Shown: positions 27,138 through 36,871 of the stretch, in pieces
Layout: each line of letters opens with the position of its first letter
How positions within the stretch are numbered: position 1 is the stretch's first letter
NCBI GenBank assembly: GCA_030066245.1
Contig: JASJBY010000001.1
Coordinates: forward strand, 1-36,871
Source: Gammaproteobacteria bacterium
Lineage (GTDB): Bacteria; Pseudomonadota; Gammaproteobacteria; JAABTG01
Reading direction: 5' to 3'
DNA length: 36,871 nt
Notes under the pieces: model-generated
What the model saw: only the letters and a program-made list of their open reading frames with translations
Databases searched by the model: none
Told to the model about the DNA's origin: nothing
Program-made: the position numbers and the translations under genes

Positions 27138-30100
27138 CGTGCGCCTCCCAGGTCGGCCAGGTGCTTGAGAAGCTCATCCTCGGAGAACGGCTTGGTGAGG
27201 TAGACATCTACGCCGGCCGCCTCGGCCTCCCTGCGGTGCTTGCCGGTGGAACGGGAGGTGACCATGATGACCGGCAGGGAGGCCGTGGTCTCCCTGGCCC
27301 TTACGTGGCGGGTCAGCTCGAGCCCGTTCATGCGCGGCATTTCCAGGTCGACCAGCAAGACGTCCGGTCGCTGCTCCTCGATGATGGGTACCGCTTCCAG
27401 ACCATCCCGCGCCGTGAGCACCCGAAAGCCGGTGTCCTCCGCGAACTGGGCCAGCGAGCGCCGCGCGCTGAGCGAGTCGTCCACTACCAGCACGGACCGC
27501 GCCTGGGCGGGCTGCGGTGTTTCCGTGTCAGACGGGAGTGCCCGCTCGTCGACAAGCTGGCTGCGCAGCAGCTCCGGCACGTCCAGCACCGGCGTTACAC
27601 TACCGTCGCCAAGAATGGTTGCGCCGATCATGCCCTTCAGCTTCGGCACATACTGCCCCATGCTCTTCACCACGAGATCCCGCGTGTCCAGGACTTTCTC
27701 GACGAGCACCGCGCTGGGCCCATCGTCGCCGCGGATAATGAGCACGGCGCCGGCATCGTTGTCCTCTTCGATGGAGCCGGAATATGTGCCCAGCAATGAC
27801 GTCAGCCGGCGCACGGGAAAGACATCTTCGCCCACCTGATACATGAGCTCCGTACCCACGTCACGCAGCTCCCCGTCTCCGGCGTGCAGAATGTGTTGCA
27901 CACCGCGGGCAGAGACCCCGACCACAAACTCGCCGAGTTGGACCAACAGCGCATGGGTCGAGATGAGCGTGACCGGAAGCCGTAAGGCAATGCGCAGACC
28001 CTGGCCGCCGGCGGACTCCATGTCCATGGACCCACTGAGCTCCAGCACGCGTGTGTAGACCGCGTCCATGCCAATGCCACGACCGGAGGTCTGGGTGGCG
28101 TGCTCGCGCGTGGAGAAGTTCGGGCGCAGCACATAGCGTTGCAGCTCCGATTCCGGTACCAACTGCTCGGACGTGAGCATGCCCCGCTCTTCAGCCACGT
28201 GCCGTATGGCCTCCAGGTCCAGGCCCGCCCCATCGTCCCAGCAGATAACCACTACGTAGTTGCCGTCGCGCACAAACTCCAGAGTGATGCGCCCGGATTC
28301 ATGCTTGCCCAGTCGGCGCCGTTCTTCCGGCACCTCGATGCCGTGGTCGACGGCATTGCGGAGCAAGTGCATCAACGGGTCCACCAGCTGGTTCAGCACG
28401 TCGCTGTCGACGAGCGTCTCCGCGCCCTGCACTTCCAGCTGGGCTTGTTTACCGGTAAGACGGCAGGTCTGTCGAACGGCGCGCTGCAGCCGAGACACAA
28501 TGGTCTGGGCGGACACCATACGGGTGTCCAGGACCGCGCCCTGGCTGTCGCGATTCAACCGCTCCTGGTTGACCAGCATGGCGTCGAGCGCTGCCAGGTG
28601 CTCCTGCAGCATCTGCCCTGCCTCCCTGGCGTCGGTGGTGGCCTCCATGAGGCGCCGACTGTAGGTATGCAGCTCGTTGTAACGGTCAAACTCCAGGGGG
28701 TCGAACACGTCCCCTGATGGCGACTGCTCCTTGAGTGCGGAAATGTCTCGCAGGTCGATAAACTGCTCCAGCTCCTGACCGAGTTGCTGGGTGAGGGCCA
28801 GGCGGTCACGCATGGCCCCGGCCTGAACGAGCGCAAGATTCACGCGCTCGTGCACCTGACCGGTCAGGATGATGGTCTCACCGGAGAGCCGCAGCATACT
28901 GTCCACCAGGGGCGCCGGGACGCGCAGGGTAGCCGTGGTCGGGCGGGGTGCGGGAGCGGGGGGCTGGGGAGCGGACGCAGCGTCCGTCTCATTGCCGGCC
29001 AGCGCCGTCGCGGGTTCGCCGCGCTGAGCCGCGCCGATGCCCTCCCGCGCGATGCGATTGCGCCAGTCGATAACCTCCTGAACCACGTCAAGGGCATCGG
29101 CCGGGGGCTCTCCCACGCCCGTCAACGCTTCGCTCATGGTCTCCAGACAATCGGCGGCCTTCACCAGCGACTCGGCCAGGGTCGTGCTGGGCAGAACCGC
29201 ATGCTTGGCGAGGGAAAGCAGCACATCCTCGAGACGGTGGGTCAGGGTCGCGACGCCCCGGATGCCGACCGTATTGGCGGCACCTTTTACCGTGTGCGCC
29301 ACACGCTGGGCGGTCTGCAGATCCTCGACGGTGGCAACTCCCTGGCCCATGCGCTGGATGACGGCGGAGAATGCCTCCGTCTGTCCAGGCAGCTCCTGAA
29401 GAAGGCTCTCCAGCACCTGGGGATCGACCCGCTGGGAGATCTCCAGGGAAACATCCTCCGCCGTGACCACGACCTCCGGCGGCTCCTCTTCTTCCTCCGC
29501 GCCGGGGGGCACCCGGTCCAGAAGGCCCACAAGCTCGGACCGTTCGACCGCGGCCAGCGGTCGCGGCCAGCGGGCGTCCTCCAGGTGGCTGAGCAACTCC
29601 TCGGAACTCTGCCTCGTGCCCAGAGCTTTCAGATAACCTCCGACCCGGTCACCCCAGGCCACCAGCAGCTGCGTTTCCTCGAGCTCGGCAACCGATGCGT
29701 TCTCCGAGAGCGGGCCAAGGTTCTCCTGCAGGTGCGCGCATACGCGCTGCAGCCCGCGAAACCCGGCCGCGTCCGCCGCATCGCCGAAGCGCTGCACATG
29801 GTCGGCGTAGCCCCGCATAGCCTCACGGCGGTCCGACTGGGCCGCCCTGTCAGAAGCCGCCACGGCCAGCGCGTCGTCCAGGGTCTTGCCCATGGGCGCC
29901 AGCTCGGCGAGCAACAGGTCCCGCAGCTCCGTCTGGGTCTCGGTCAGCTCCGCAAACGCCTCCAGCGCCTGGCCTGTCGTGAGCGGCGAGGGCACTGGGT
30001 CTGCGATGTTCAGCTCTCGCGAGGCGGGCAAGGCTTCGGACAGGGGAACGGTCGCCTCGAGCCCCGCGGAGTCAGCGCTTCCTGGCTCGCCCGTGGCGCC

Positions 30101-31096
30101 CTCGTCAGTCGCGAACACCGTTAGGCCGCTTCCCGCCAGGGGATCCGCGTCGTCCGCTCCGGACGGCTCCATGGCCAGCAGGCTGCGCAGCATCTCGGCG
30201 TCAACCTCCGCGAGTGGCGCAGGCCAGCGCGCGTCGCTGAGATGCTGCAGCAGGGCTTCAATCGCCCGGCCATCGCCGGGTGTCTGCAGGTAAACCCTCA
30301 CCAGGCGCGGCCACGCCGCCAGCAGCTCGCGCTCGGCGGCAGAGGATACCTCGCTCAAGCCGCTGAGACGCTCCTCATGGAGCAGACAGGCGTCCTGCAG
30401 GCCGTGCAGCTCAGAAGCTTCCGCGGCGGCCGCCAGCCGGCCCAGCTGGGCCGTGTAGCTCGCCAGCAGCTCCTCACCCTCGGAGCCGGCGGACACCGCC
30501 TCGAGCTGATCGAGAACACCCAGGAGCTCCGCCGATGCCGGGCCGGGCGCGTCCAGGCTCGACGCCGACAGGGACCCCGTGGCCTCCCGCGAACCGTCCG
30601 CCGGTGCCACAGGCGCCAGCGCCTCCGGCTCTTCTCCCTCGATGACCGTAAGCCCACTGCCAGCCAGGGGGTCGTCCTCTTCGGAGTCCGAGCCCACCGC
30701 AGCCAGGAGGCTGCGCAGCATGTCGGCATCCGCCGCGGCCAGCGGCGAAGGCCAGCGGTCATCCGCCAGGTGCCTGACCAGCGCCTCCCCCTGATGGGGA
30801 TCGTCCGGCAGCTGCAGGTAATCCCTCACCAACCCGGGCCAGGCGATGAGCCACTCGCGTTCGGCTTCCGTCGAAACTGTGCCCACACCGCCGACCCGTT
30901 CCTGCATGAGCAGGCAGGCATCCTGCAAACCATGAAGCTCGGCGGTCTCGGCCGCCGTCGCCAGCTCCCCGAGCTGCTCCGCATAGCCGGTCGACAGCGC
31001 TTCGCCCTGCTCTGAGCTGAGCAAACTCTCCAGCTGAGCAACCGCAGCTAACACACCCTCCTGATGTAGCCGTGTATTGGGGTTCAGATTATGCAT
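27134..31096 (-). CDS. cheA: Hybrid CheA/ChpA-like histidine kinase (pseudo-Hpt x3, Hpt, HATPase, CheW, REC)
   Basis: Hpt AHTVKGAA, PLEFDRYNELH, HLLRNAVDHGIE, DDGAG, SGRGIGMD, GATILGDG, C-terminal receiver VDLEMPRMNG. Confidence 0.93.
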   Translation of the reverse strand: MHNLNPNTRLHQEGVLAAVAQLESLLSSEQGEALSTGYAEQLGELATAAETAELHGLQDACLLMQERVGGVGTVSTEAEREWLIAWPGLVRDYLQLPDDPHQGEALVRHLADDRWPSPLAAADADMLRSLLAAVGSDSEEDDPLAGSGLTVIEGEEPEALAPVAPADGSREATGSLSASSLDAPGPASAELLGVLDQLEAVSAGSEGEELLASYTAQLGRLAAAAEASELHGLQDACLLHEERLSGLSEVSSAAERELLAAWPRLVRVYLQTPGDGRAIEALLQHLSDARWPAPLAEVDAEMLRSLLAMEPSGADDADPLAGSGLTVFATDEGATGEPGSADSAGLEATVPLSEALPASRELNIADPVPSPLTTGQALEAFAELTETQTELRDLLLAELAPMGKTLDDALAVAASDRAAQSDRREAMRGYADHVQRFGDAADAAGFRGLQRVCAHLQENLGPLSENASVAELEETQLLVAWGDRVGGYLKALGTRQSSEELLSHLEDARWPRPLAAVERSELVGLLDRVPPGAEEEEEPPEVVVTAEDVSLEISQRVDPQVLESLLQELPGQTEAFSAVIQRMGQGVATVEDLQTAQRVAHTVKGAANTVGIRGVATLTHRLEDVLLSLAKHAVLPSTTLAESLVKAADCLETMSEALTGVGEPPADALDVVQEVIDWRNRIAREGIGAAQRGEPATALAGNETDAASAPQPPAPAPRPTTATLRVPAPLVDSMLRLSGETIILTGQVHERVNLALVQAGAMRDRLALTQQLGQELEQFIDLRDISALKEQSPSGDVFDPLEFDRYNELHTYSRRLMEATTDAREAGQMLQEHLAALDAMLVNQERLNRDSQGAVLDTRMVSAQTIVSRLQRAVRQTCRLTGKQAQLEVQGAETLVDSDVLNQLVDPLMHLLRNAVDHGIEVPEERRRLGKHESGRITLEFVRDGNYVVVICWDDGAGLDLEAIRHVAEERGMLTSEQLVPESELQRYVLRPNFSTREHATQTSGRGIGMDAVYTRVLELSGSMDMESAGGQGLRIALRLPVTLISTHALLVQLGEFVVGVSARGVQHILHAGDGELRDVGTELMYQVGEDVFPVRRLTSLLGTYSGSIEEDNDAGAVLIIRGDDGPSAVLVEKVLDTRDLVVKSMGQYVPKLKGMIGATILGDGSVTPVLDVPELLRSQLVDERALPSDTETPQPAQARSVLVVDDSLSARRSLAQFAEDTGFRVLTARDGLEAVPIIEEQRPDVLLVDLEMPRMNGLELTRHVRARETTASLPVIMVTSRSTGKHRREAEAAGVDVYLTKPFSEDELLKHLADLGGAR

Positions 31097-32951
31097 TGGC
31101 CATTGCTATGTCGTTCCCGCCGGGCACGTCAATGACCTGGTCTAGCACGGGCGCATGTTCGAAAGTCTGCGTGTCCGATTCGGCTTCGGGCAGCTTGAAC
31201 ACTTTCACCGATTCGATCAGGCGCTGCGCCGCATCCACCAGCTGCAGCGTGTACTGCGTCTGCTCTGTAAGCTGCGCGGCCGTGTCACGGGAGCTCTGCT
31301 GAATGGAGCCGGCATGCTTGCGAAGCTCGGTGCTGCCCTGCGCCTGGGCCTTCGAGGTGGCGGCGATGGTTCGGACCATCTCCACGAGCTCGGCAGTGGT
31401 CTTCCGGGTCGCCTGCATCTGCTCGCCGGCCTCCTCCGCCAGGCCACTGCCCTCGACGACCTGCCGAATGGCCTCGTTCATGGTGTTGACCGTATCGGCC
31501 GTCTCCGTCTGGATGTTGCTGACCAGCGTGGCGATCTGGGCGGTCGCCTCGCGGGCATTCTCCGCGAGGCGCTGCACCTCGTCGGCGACGACAGCGAAGC
31601 CACGGCCGGCTTCACCGGCTGAGGCTGCGTGCATGCTGGCGTTCAGAGCGAGGATGTGGGTACGCTCAGCGATGCTGTTGATGAGGTTGACCACGCCGCT
31701 GATCTCCTGCGAGCGTTCACCGAGGCGTTTGATGCGTTTCTCTGTCTCGCGAATGGTATCGCGCGTGCTGCTGATACCGACCACCGTGTTCGCCACCGTC
31801 TCGTGTGCCTTGCCGGTCGTCTTGATGGCCTTATCAGCGACGGCGTAGCAGGCCTGGGCCAGCTTGGCAATTCGCATCATGGCGTCGGAAGCGCTCGCGA
31901 GTTTGTCGGCCGTCTTGTCGATCTCGGCCTGCTCGTTGGCCGCCACCTTGATGACGTTCTCAGACTGAGACCGCACGCGGTTCGAGGCCTCCGACACGTT
32001 GTGGGAGATCTGCCGGACACCCTGCAGAACCCTGGAGGTCTCGTCGGTGAGCACGTTGAGAGCGTCGGCTACCGGGCCGGTGATGTCCTCGGTCACCGGC
32101 ACCTTCACGGTCAGGTCCCTTTGGCTGAGCTGCGCCACGGCCTCCAGAAGCCTGATCACCGATTCGTTGATACGGTCGCCATCTTCCTGCGCCGTTACCA
32201 GACTCGCCACCTTGTCTTCCAGCAGCCCGTCGAACGCCTGGGCGAGCTCGCTGAGCTCGTCCCGCCCGGAAATGCCGGTGCGCGCATAGTGGTCACCTGC
32301 CACCACCTGGCGCACGGTAAAACCGATTCTGGCAACGGGTGCCGCGATGGAGCGGTAGATGACGAAGCTGAGCCCGGCGGTCAGGAGCGTGCCGACCACG
32401 AACATGGCAATCGCCACCAGGAACATGAGCTGCTCTTCGTTCACAGACTCCTGGAACGCAGCTTCGGACTGGGCATGTTGCCGGCTCACCCTTTCCGCAA
32501 GGACGTTGACGAAAGGCGCGATGTTCGGCTCCAGATCGTTGAGGACGTAGAGCGAAAGATGCGCCCGGTTCTCCGACGCCAGGATATCGCCCAGATCCTT
32601 GAACACCTGACGAAAACCGATCACGCCTTTCTGCAGCGCCGGGTCCTGTCCGCCGAGCGCGGACCAGGCCCTGTTGAACTCAGTGTTTGCGCGGGCCAGA
32701 TCCTGTCGGGCCTGCTTCCAGGTGATGGTGCCGCGGTTGATGCCGTTGATCGTCCCGAGCATGTCCGAGCGAATAGCCGCGGTGACATGGCTCAGCTTGA
32801 CCTGATCCTGAACGTGCTGGTTCAGGGTGACGATCGTGTTGGTGGCGTAGCCTCGGAAAAGCAGCGCCGCCAGACCCATGGCCAGAAGCACCGCCGCCTG
32901 CACACCGATGAGCAGCAGCAGACGGTGACCGATGCGCAGTTTGCTCAACAT
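31089..32951 (-). CDS. Methyl-accepting chemotaxis protein, PilJ-like
   Basis: Two TMs around a helical sensor, HAMP domains, KRIKRLGERSQEI...ILALNAS...AGEAGRGFAVVADEVQRLAE. Confidence 0.94.
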   Translation of the reverse strand: MLSKLRIGHRLLLLIGVQAAVLLAMGLAALLFRGYATNTIVTLNQHVQDQVKLSHVTAAIRSDMLGTINGINRGTITWKQARQDLARANTEFNRAWSALGGQDPALQKGVIGFRQVFKDLGDILASENRAHLSLYVLNDLEPNIAPFVNVLAERVSRQHAQSEAAFQESVNEEQLMFLVAIAMFVVGTLLTAGLSFVIYRSIAAPVARIGFTVRQVVAGDHYARTGISGRDELSELAQAFDGLLEDKVASLVTAQEDGDRINESVIRLLEAVAQLSQRDLTVKVPVTEDITGPVADALNVLTDETSRVLQGVRQISHNVSEASNRVRSQSENVIKVAANEQAEIDKTADKLASASDAMMRIAKLAQACYAVADKAIKTTGKAHETVANTVVGISSTRDTIRETEKRIKRLGERSQEISGVVNLINSIAERTHILALNASMHAASAGEAGRGFAVVADEVQRLAENAREATAQIATLVSNIQTETADTVNTMNEAIRQVVEGSGLAEEAGEQMQATRKTTAELVEMVRTIAATSKAQAQGSTELRKHAGSIQQSSRDTAAQLTEQTQYTLQLVDAAQRLIESVKVFKLPEAESDTQTFEHAPVLDQVIDVPGGNDIAMANA

Positions 32952-33017
32952 CGCTTTATCCTCACTCTGGTTAATCCCTGTTCCGTCGCAATCGGGCGGA
33001 ACCTGCTCCGCGGTTTG

Positions 33018-34295
33018 TCACCGCTGCACCATGCCGCGCCAGTCCGTACGCGTCATGGTCTTGTACTCGGCACCCGCCAGATACGTCACCGCGACCAGGT
33101 CCGACCCCTGGTTGTCCTCCGTGAAGTCCAGCTTGACGCCACCCACATTGAAGCGCTGACCACGAACGGCGCGCAGGAAGTTCTTACGCGTCACTTCCCC
33201 CTGAACCCGACTCATGATGGCAAGGAACATCTTGCCGACGATGTATCCCTCCAGAGACACATAGCCGTAGTCATCACCCAGCGCTGCTCTGGCCTCCTGC
33301 ACTATGGGCAGATCCGAGTCCAGGGGCGGGACGACCTGGGTCATCACCACCTTGTCGGTCACACCGAACTCTCTCAGGGTAACTCTGTAATTGTCCGCGC
33401 CGGTGAAAGACACGGCGCTGACGATCCAGTCGTCCCCTTTGAGCCTTGCATACGCAGCAAAGCGCGCAATGGCATTGTAAGTGCCGACCGAGACCACCAG
33501 ACGACAGTGATTACCGGTCCTGCTCTCCCAGGCCTTCAGAGAGTTGTAGCCGTCGCGGGACGTGAAAGTGTTGCGAACATAGACGCCGACCGGTCCCAGG
33601 TTGTTACGCTTTGGAAGAGCCCCTTTCCGGCCCATGATGTCGTCCAGGGTCGACACGATCTGCTCCACCCCGCGACGACCCGCAAGGGCACGCTTGATAC
33701 CCTCCACACCCGCCATGCCATAGGCGTCGTTCTGAACGTAAGCGCATATCTCCGTCGGTTTGATGCCGGCGTTTATCGCCTGGCGGATGACCGCTGCAGT
33801 CTCCTGCACGTAGCTCGCCCGATAGTTGATAATGTCGCCCACTCCAGGCCGAAGAATGCCGGCCCCGGTGAAGAACCCGACCGCCGGCACGCCCTGCTCG
33901 GCAAGGATCGGCAGCGTTACCTTCGCAGTCGGTGTGCCCACGTTGCCCACCACGGCGAAGACACCCTGGCTGAGCAGTTGCTCGGTAGCTTTCTTCGACT
34001 TTTCCGGCGTATAGGAGTCGTTCAATGTGACGAACTCGATGCGCCGCCCGCGGACTCTCTGGCCGCGGACCGCCGCTTCGATGCCGGTCTTCATTCCCAG
34101 GCCGAGACCGCGGGAGACGCCTTCCAGATCCATGACGCCGCCTATGCGTATGGTCGACGGGGTAACGCCCGGCTCCGCCTCAGCCGGCGCGACCAGGAGA
34201 ACACATACCAGCAAGCTCAGCCCAATCGCCGAGGATAAGCGGCGCGCGCCTCGCCCGCCGCGGCACCCTTCTTTGCAACTACCGATTCCTTTCAT
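33018..34295 (-). CDS. Periplasmic binding protein type 1 (LivJ/branched-chain-like)
   Basis: Signal peptide ending AEA-EPGVT, IRIGG, NDSYTPE, VGNVGTPT, NYRASYVQE, YVSLEGYIVGK; start is 34295 (ATG) or 34379 (GTG). Confidence 0.88.
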   Translation of the reverse strand: MKGIGSCKEGCRGGRGARRLSSAIGLSLLVCVLLVAPAEAEPGVTPSTIRIGGVMDLEGVSRGLGLGMKTGIEAAVRGQRVRGRRIEFVTLNDSYTPEKSKKATEQLLSQGVFAVVGNVGTPTAKVTLPILAEQGVPAVGFFTGAGILRPGVGDIINYRASYVQETAAVIRQAINAGIKPTEICAYVQNDAYGMAGVEGIKRALAGRRGVEQIVSTLDDIMGRKGALPKRNNLGPVGVYVRNTFTSRDGYNSLKAWESRTGNHCRLVVSVGTYNAIARFAAYARLKGDDWIVSAVSFTGADNYRVTLREFGVTDKVVMTQVVPPLDSDLPIVQEARAALGDDYGYVSLEGYIVGKMFLAIMSRVQGEVTRKNFLRAVRGQRFNVGGVKLDFTEDNQGSDLVAVTYLAGAEYKTMTRTDWRGMVQR

Positions 34296-34375
34296 CCGTT
34301 CATGCCTCTTGCTAGTCACCCAGTTGCGAAAACAAATTCGTCCAATCGAAAGCGCCCCGCTCTGGCCACGAAGAA

Positions 34376-34939
34376 TCACCCGCTCGCGGCGCCGCTTGCC
34401 ATCAGCTGGCCGATGGCAGCAAAAAGTTCCCGGTGCCTTATCTCAAGCCACACCGCGTCGTCAACGAAATACGCTGCCGCCAAATGTTCTTCGAGAGTGC
34501 CCGGCAAGCTCGGCGTGCGGGCCATGGGCTCGGCGAGCTTCAGCGGTCGCGGAAATCCGTCCACGAGTATCCCGGCGGCGTTCTCTTCCTTGTCCAGAAC
34601 CAACAGCTTGCGCTGCGGCGCACTGTCGTCGCCAGGCATCAACAGGCGTTTCAGGTCAAAAACGGGAATCAGGTTTCCACGCAGATTGACGAGACCGGGG
34701 AACCAAGGTGGCGTGTTGGGAACAGGGTATACCGACAGGTCGCCCATGAGTTCGCTCGCCGTCTTTGCCGGAACGAGCATGCCGAGGTTGCCGACGCGGA
34801 AGCCATAGCGCACCGCGTCGTCCTCTGCAGGCGCCGCCTCCCGGGCTGGCGCCTCCACCGGGTCACAATAACCAAGCGCCTCGGTCGGGCCGAGCCAGGG
34901 ACCTTGCGCAGTCCTTTCGGTCGTCTGGTCGGTGTTCAC
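34376..34939 (-). CDS. cheW: CheW / PilI-like coupling protein
   Basis: YPVPNTPPWFPGLVNLRGNLIPVFDL. Confidence 0.9.
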   Translation of the reverse strand: MNTDQTTERTAQGPWLGPTEALGYCDPVEAPAREAAPAEDDAVRYGFRVGNLGMLVPAKTASELMGDLSVYPVPNTPPWFPGLVNLRGNLIPVFDLKRLLMPGDDSAPQRKLLVLDKEENAAGILVDGFPRPLKLAEPMARTPSLPGTLEEHLAAAYFVDDAVWLEIRHRELFAAIGQLMASGAASG

Positions 34940-34999
34940 CTTACCGCATTCCGATAGCGATATCCGCGCCGCCAGTGCCCTGCGGCCGCGAGCCGGCGC

Positions 35000-35365
35000 C
35001 TAGCTCAGCGCCTCCAGCTGCTCGATGATTTGATCCTTGGTGTACGGCTTCGAGAGCAGTGCCTTGGCGCCCTGCATCTGCGCCCATACCCGGTCCGCTT
35101 TCTGATTCTTGCTGGTTACGAAGACGATCGGGATGTCTTTGGTGGTGTCGTCCTTGCGCAGGCGTCGACAGGCCTCGAAGCCGTCCATCTCCGGCATGAT
35201 GACGTCCATGAAGATCACGTCCGGCTTCTCCGCTTTGGCGCGCGCCACCGATTCAGCGCCGTCGCTGGCCGTCAATACCAGGCAGCCGGTGCCGGAAAGG
35301 ATGCTCTTAAGATTCTCCCGGTCAACGGGCGAGTCGTCTACGATGAGCACTTTGCGGTTAGTCAT
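35000..35365 (-). CDS. Single-domain response regulator, PilH-like
   Basis: VLIVDDS, IFMDVIMPEMDGFEACR, VTSKNQKADRVWAQMQGA. Confidence 0.92.
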   Translation of the reverse strand: MTNRKVLIVDDSPVDRENLKSILSGTGCLVLTASDGAESVARAKAEKPDVIFMDVIMPEMDGFEACRRLRKDDTTKDIPIVFVTSKNQKADRVWAQMQGAKALLSKPYTKDQIIEQLEALS

Positions 35366-35387
35366 AGTCCCTTCTCCTCAATTCAAC

Positions 35388-36242
35388 TCAAGCACCGCTC
35401 GCCAGCTGGGGCAGAGACCCCGCAGGCAAGTTGAAATAGCGTTCGACGACTCCCAGGAAGACTTCGTGCCGGACCGGTTTTATGAGGTAGGTGTCGCACC
35501 CGGCGAGCCGGCCTTTGATCCGGTCCGCAGGCGAAGAATTGCTGGTCAACATGATGACCGGTGTACTTTTGCGGCTCGGATCAGACTTGATGACTTTGCA
35601 GATCTCATAACCGTCCGCGCCGGGAAGGATGACGTCCAGGAAGACGATGTCGTAAGCGTTGTCCCGAATTAGCTCGAAGGCTTCGTCTCCCGTCTCTGCA
35701 AAATCCACGTGGGAGGCGAAAGGTTTCAGGGCCAGGTCCATTTGCACCCGCACGGGAAGACTGTCGTCGACCACCAGCGCGTTGAAGCTGGACTGTTCCC
35801 CCGCCGCGGACCGCGCCGGCGCCGCGCTCGCCTGCCCGGCGCCTGAGGTGAGGTTGTCCCGGGGGTCGATGGCCAGAACAGCTGAGAAACCGAGTGCCTC
35901 GGTTGCCACCAATTCAAGGGCCACCAGCAGGCGTGTCGCGATCATCGGTTTGCGAGCGGAAAAGCAGCCCTCCGGGGCACTTTCTTTGCGTGCTACGACG
36001 AGGGTCGGCGCAGCGGTCGTAGCGCCGGCCGATTCGGCGAATGCCCGCCAGTCGGCCACGGCACGGTCATCGTCACCGTCCACCATGAGAATGTCTGCCG
36101 CCTGCTGGCGGTCGGGCGCAGCGACCGAGAAAGAAGGGTTGCGGGTCATTGACAGGCTGAAGACGCGCGCGAGCGCACGGCGCTCGGCGTCGGAGAAACC
36201 GAACTGGGCAACCGAGAAAACAGCATGGCTTCCTTGCGTCAT
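35388..36242 (-). CDS. Response regulator with degenerate N-terminal receiver and PilG/PilH-like C-terminal receiver
   Basis: C-terminal ALVVDDS...VFLDVILPGADGY...MLTSNSSPADRIKGRLAGCDTYLIKP; N-terminal ADILMVD...ARKP pseudo-receiver; start uncertain (36242 chosen). Confidence 0.85.
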   Translation of the reverse strand: MTQGSHAVFSVAQFGFSDAERRALARVFSLSMTRNPSFSVAAPDRQQAADILMVDGDDDRAVADWRAFAESAGATTAAPTLVVARKESAPEGCFSARKPMIATRLLVALELVATEALGFSAVLAIDPRDNLTSGAGQASAAPARSAAGEQSSFNALVVDDSLPVRVQMDLALKPFASHVDFAETGDEAFELIRDNAYDIVFLDVILPGADGYEICKVIKSDPSRKSTPVIMLTSNSSPADRIKGRLAGCDTYLIKPVRHEVFLGVVERYFNLPAGSLPQLASGA

Positions 36243-36871
36243 TTCACAAGCCATCCATTGAGCGGTGACGGTCTTAGGCGGGCTAGGTGCGGTGATGAGA
36301 CCTGGAAGCAAGACCGGACATTGCAACCTCCAGTAACAACCCGACCGAAGCCGAATGCCGTCTGGCGCGTGGTCGCAAATCCTAGTCTCATCTTCCCCAC
36401 CGGACCTGCCTGCGGACTTCTAAGGGCGTCACCCCACGGTACGCATTGCATAGTCATCCTCTTGAGACTAAAGCGGCTGACAAGAAAGGAACTTTAGACT
36501 GCCAACAGCCCCCTGGCCAGGCTCTGCAAGCAGCCTTGGCGGGGGCTTTGAATCCGCCTTCTGCAGGGCTGTTCGTGCCCCGCAACGGCGCCGCAGCTGT
36601 CGCTTTTGTGCGCCAGTTCACACTTTGGCGTCGAGCCCTGGTTCAAGGCCGGCTCGACGATGGCGTCGTGGTACATAATGAGGTGAAGGCAGGGTCGAGA
36701 GGGGTGCCGCGACCAAGAGACCCACCGGAGCGTTGCCGGCGACAGCACCCGTGCCACCGTGGCACCAGCGGTCGTACCTGGCGTGGGGGGCGGAATGTGC
36801 AGAGTCAGGTTCGGGAGAAACACAGTGCGCCGGCAGGCAAGAGCTGGGAATCACAGGTGGAGCGAAGAGCG

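Noticed and set aside
31629-34238. 869-aa plus-strand ORF and similar long antisense ORFs over clpB, cheA and amrS
   Set aside because: Shadow ORFs typical of high-GC coding sequence; the opposite strand carries clear conserved proteins.
36509-36519. CCCCCTGGCCA, an 11-nt match to the tRNA-Phe 3' end, as a possible attR
   Set aside because: Short and GC-rich, no integrase, and the interval would include the core gene clpB.
36243-36871. Short ORFs and an 8-bp inverted repeat (TAGTCTCA/TGAGACTA) upstream of the chemosensory operon
   Set aside because: No supporting motif, RBS context or known RNA consensus; treated as promoter/intergenic sequence.

Overview
GC-rich gammaproteobacterial chromosomal segment; the host group is inferred from gene content only. 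Left end: core genes mutY (5'-truncated) and yggX, a four-helix-bundle gene enclosed by inverted heptamer arrays, an AmmeMemoRadiSam-type radical SAM gene and tRNA-Phe(GAA). Directly after the tRNA is an integrase-less accessory stretch. It holds a wHTH-MNT/HEPN toxin-antitoxin pair and what reads as a complete retron: sigma70-like promoter, msr-msd ncRNA with a 15-bp a1/a2 stem and candidate branching G, and an RT with an N-terminal extension, but no co-oriented effector gene. An M28 peptidase, a membrane protein and an SGNH hydrolase follow. Middle: REC-PAS-GGDEF-EAL protein, exported rhodanese, clpB, an ExeA-like ATPase-rhodanese-LysM cluster, a sigma54 promoter with three phased TGT-N11-ACA boxes ahead of small ORFs and a PilZ gene, Nudix, stand-alone CZB and a c-type heme/HAMP sensor. 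Right end: a Pil/Chp-like chemosensory operon with an embedded periplasmic binding protein, a CheA with three His-less Hpt-like repeats and a terminal REC-Ser/Thr kinase. All calls come from reading motifs by eye; no database searches or folding programs were run.
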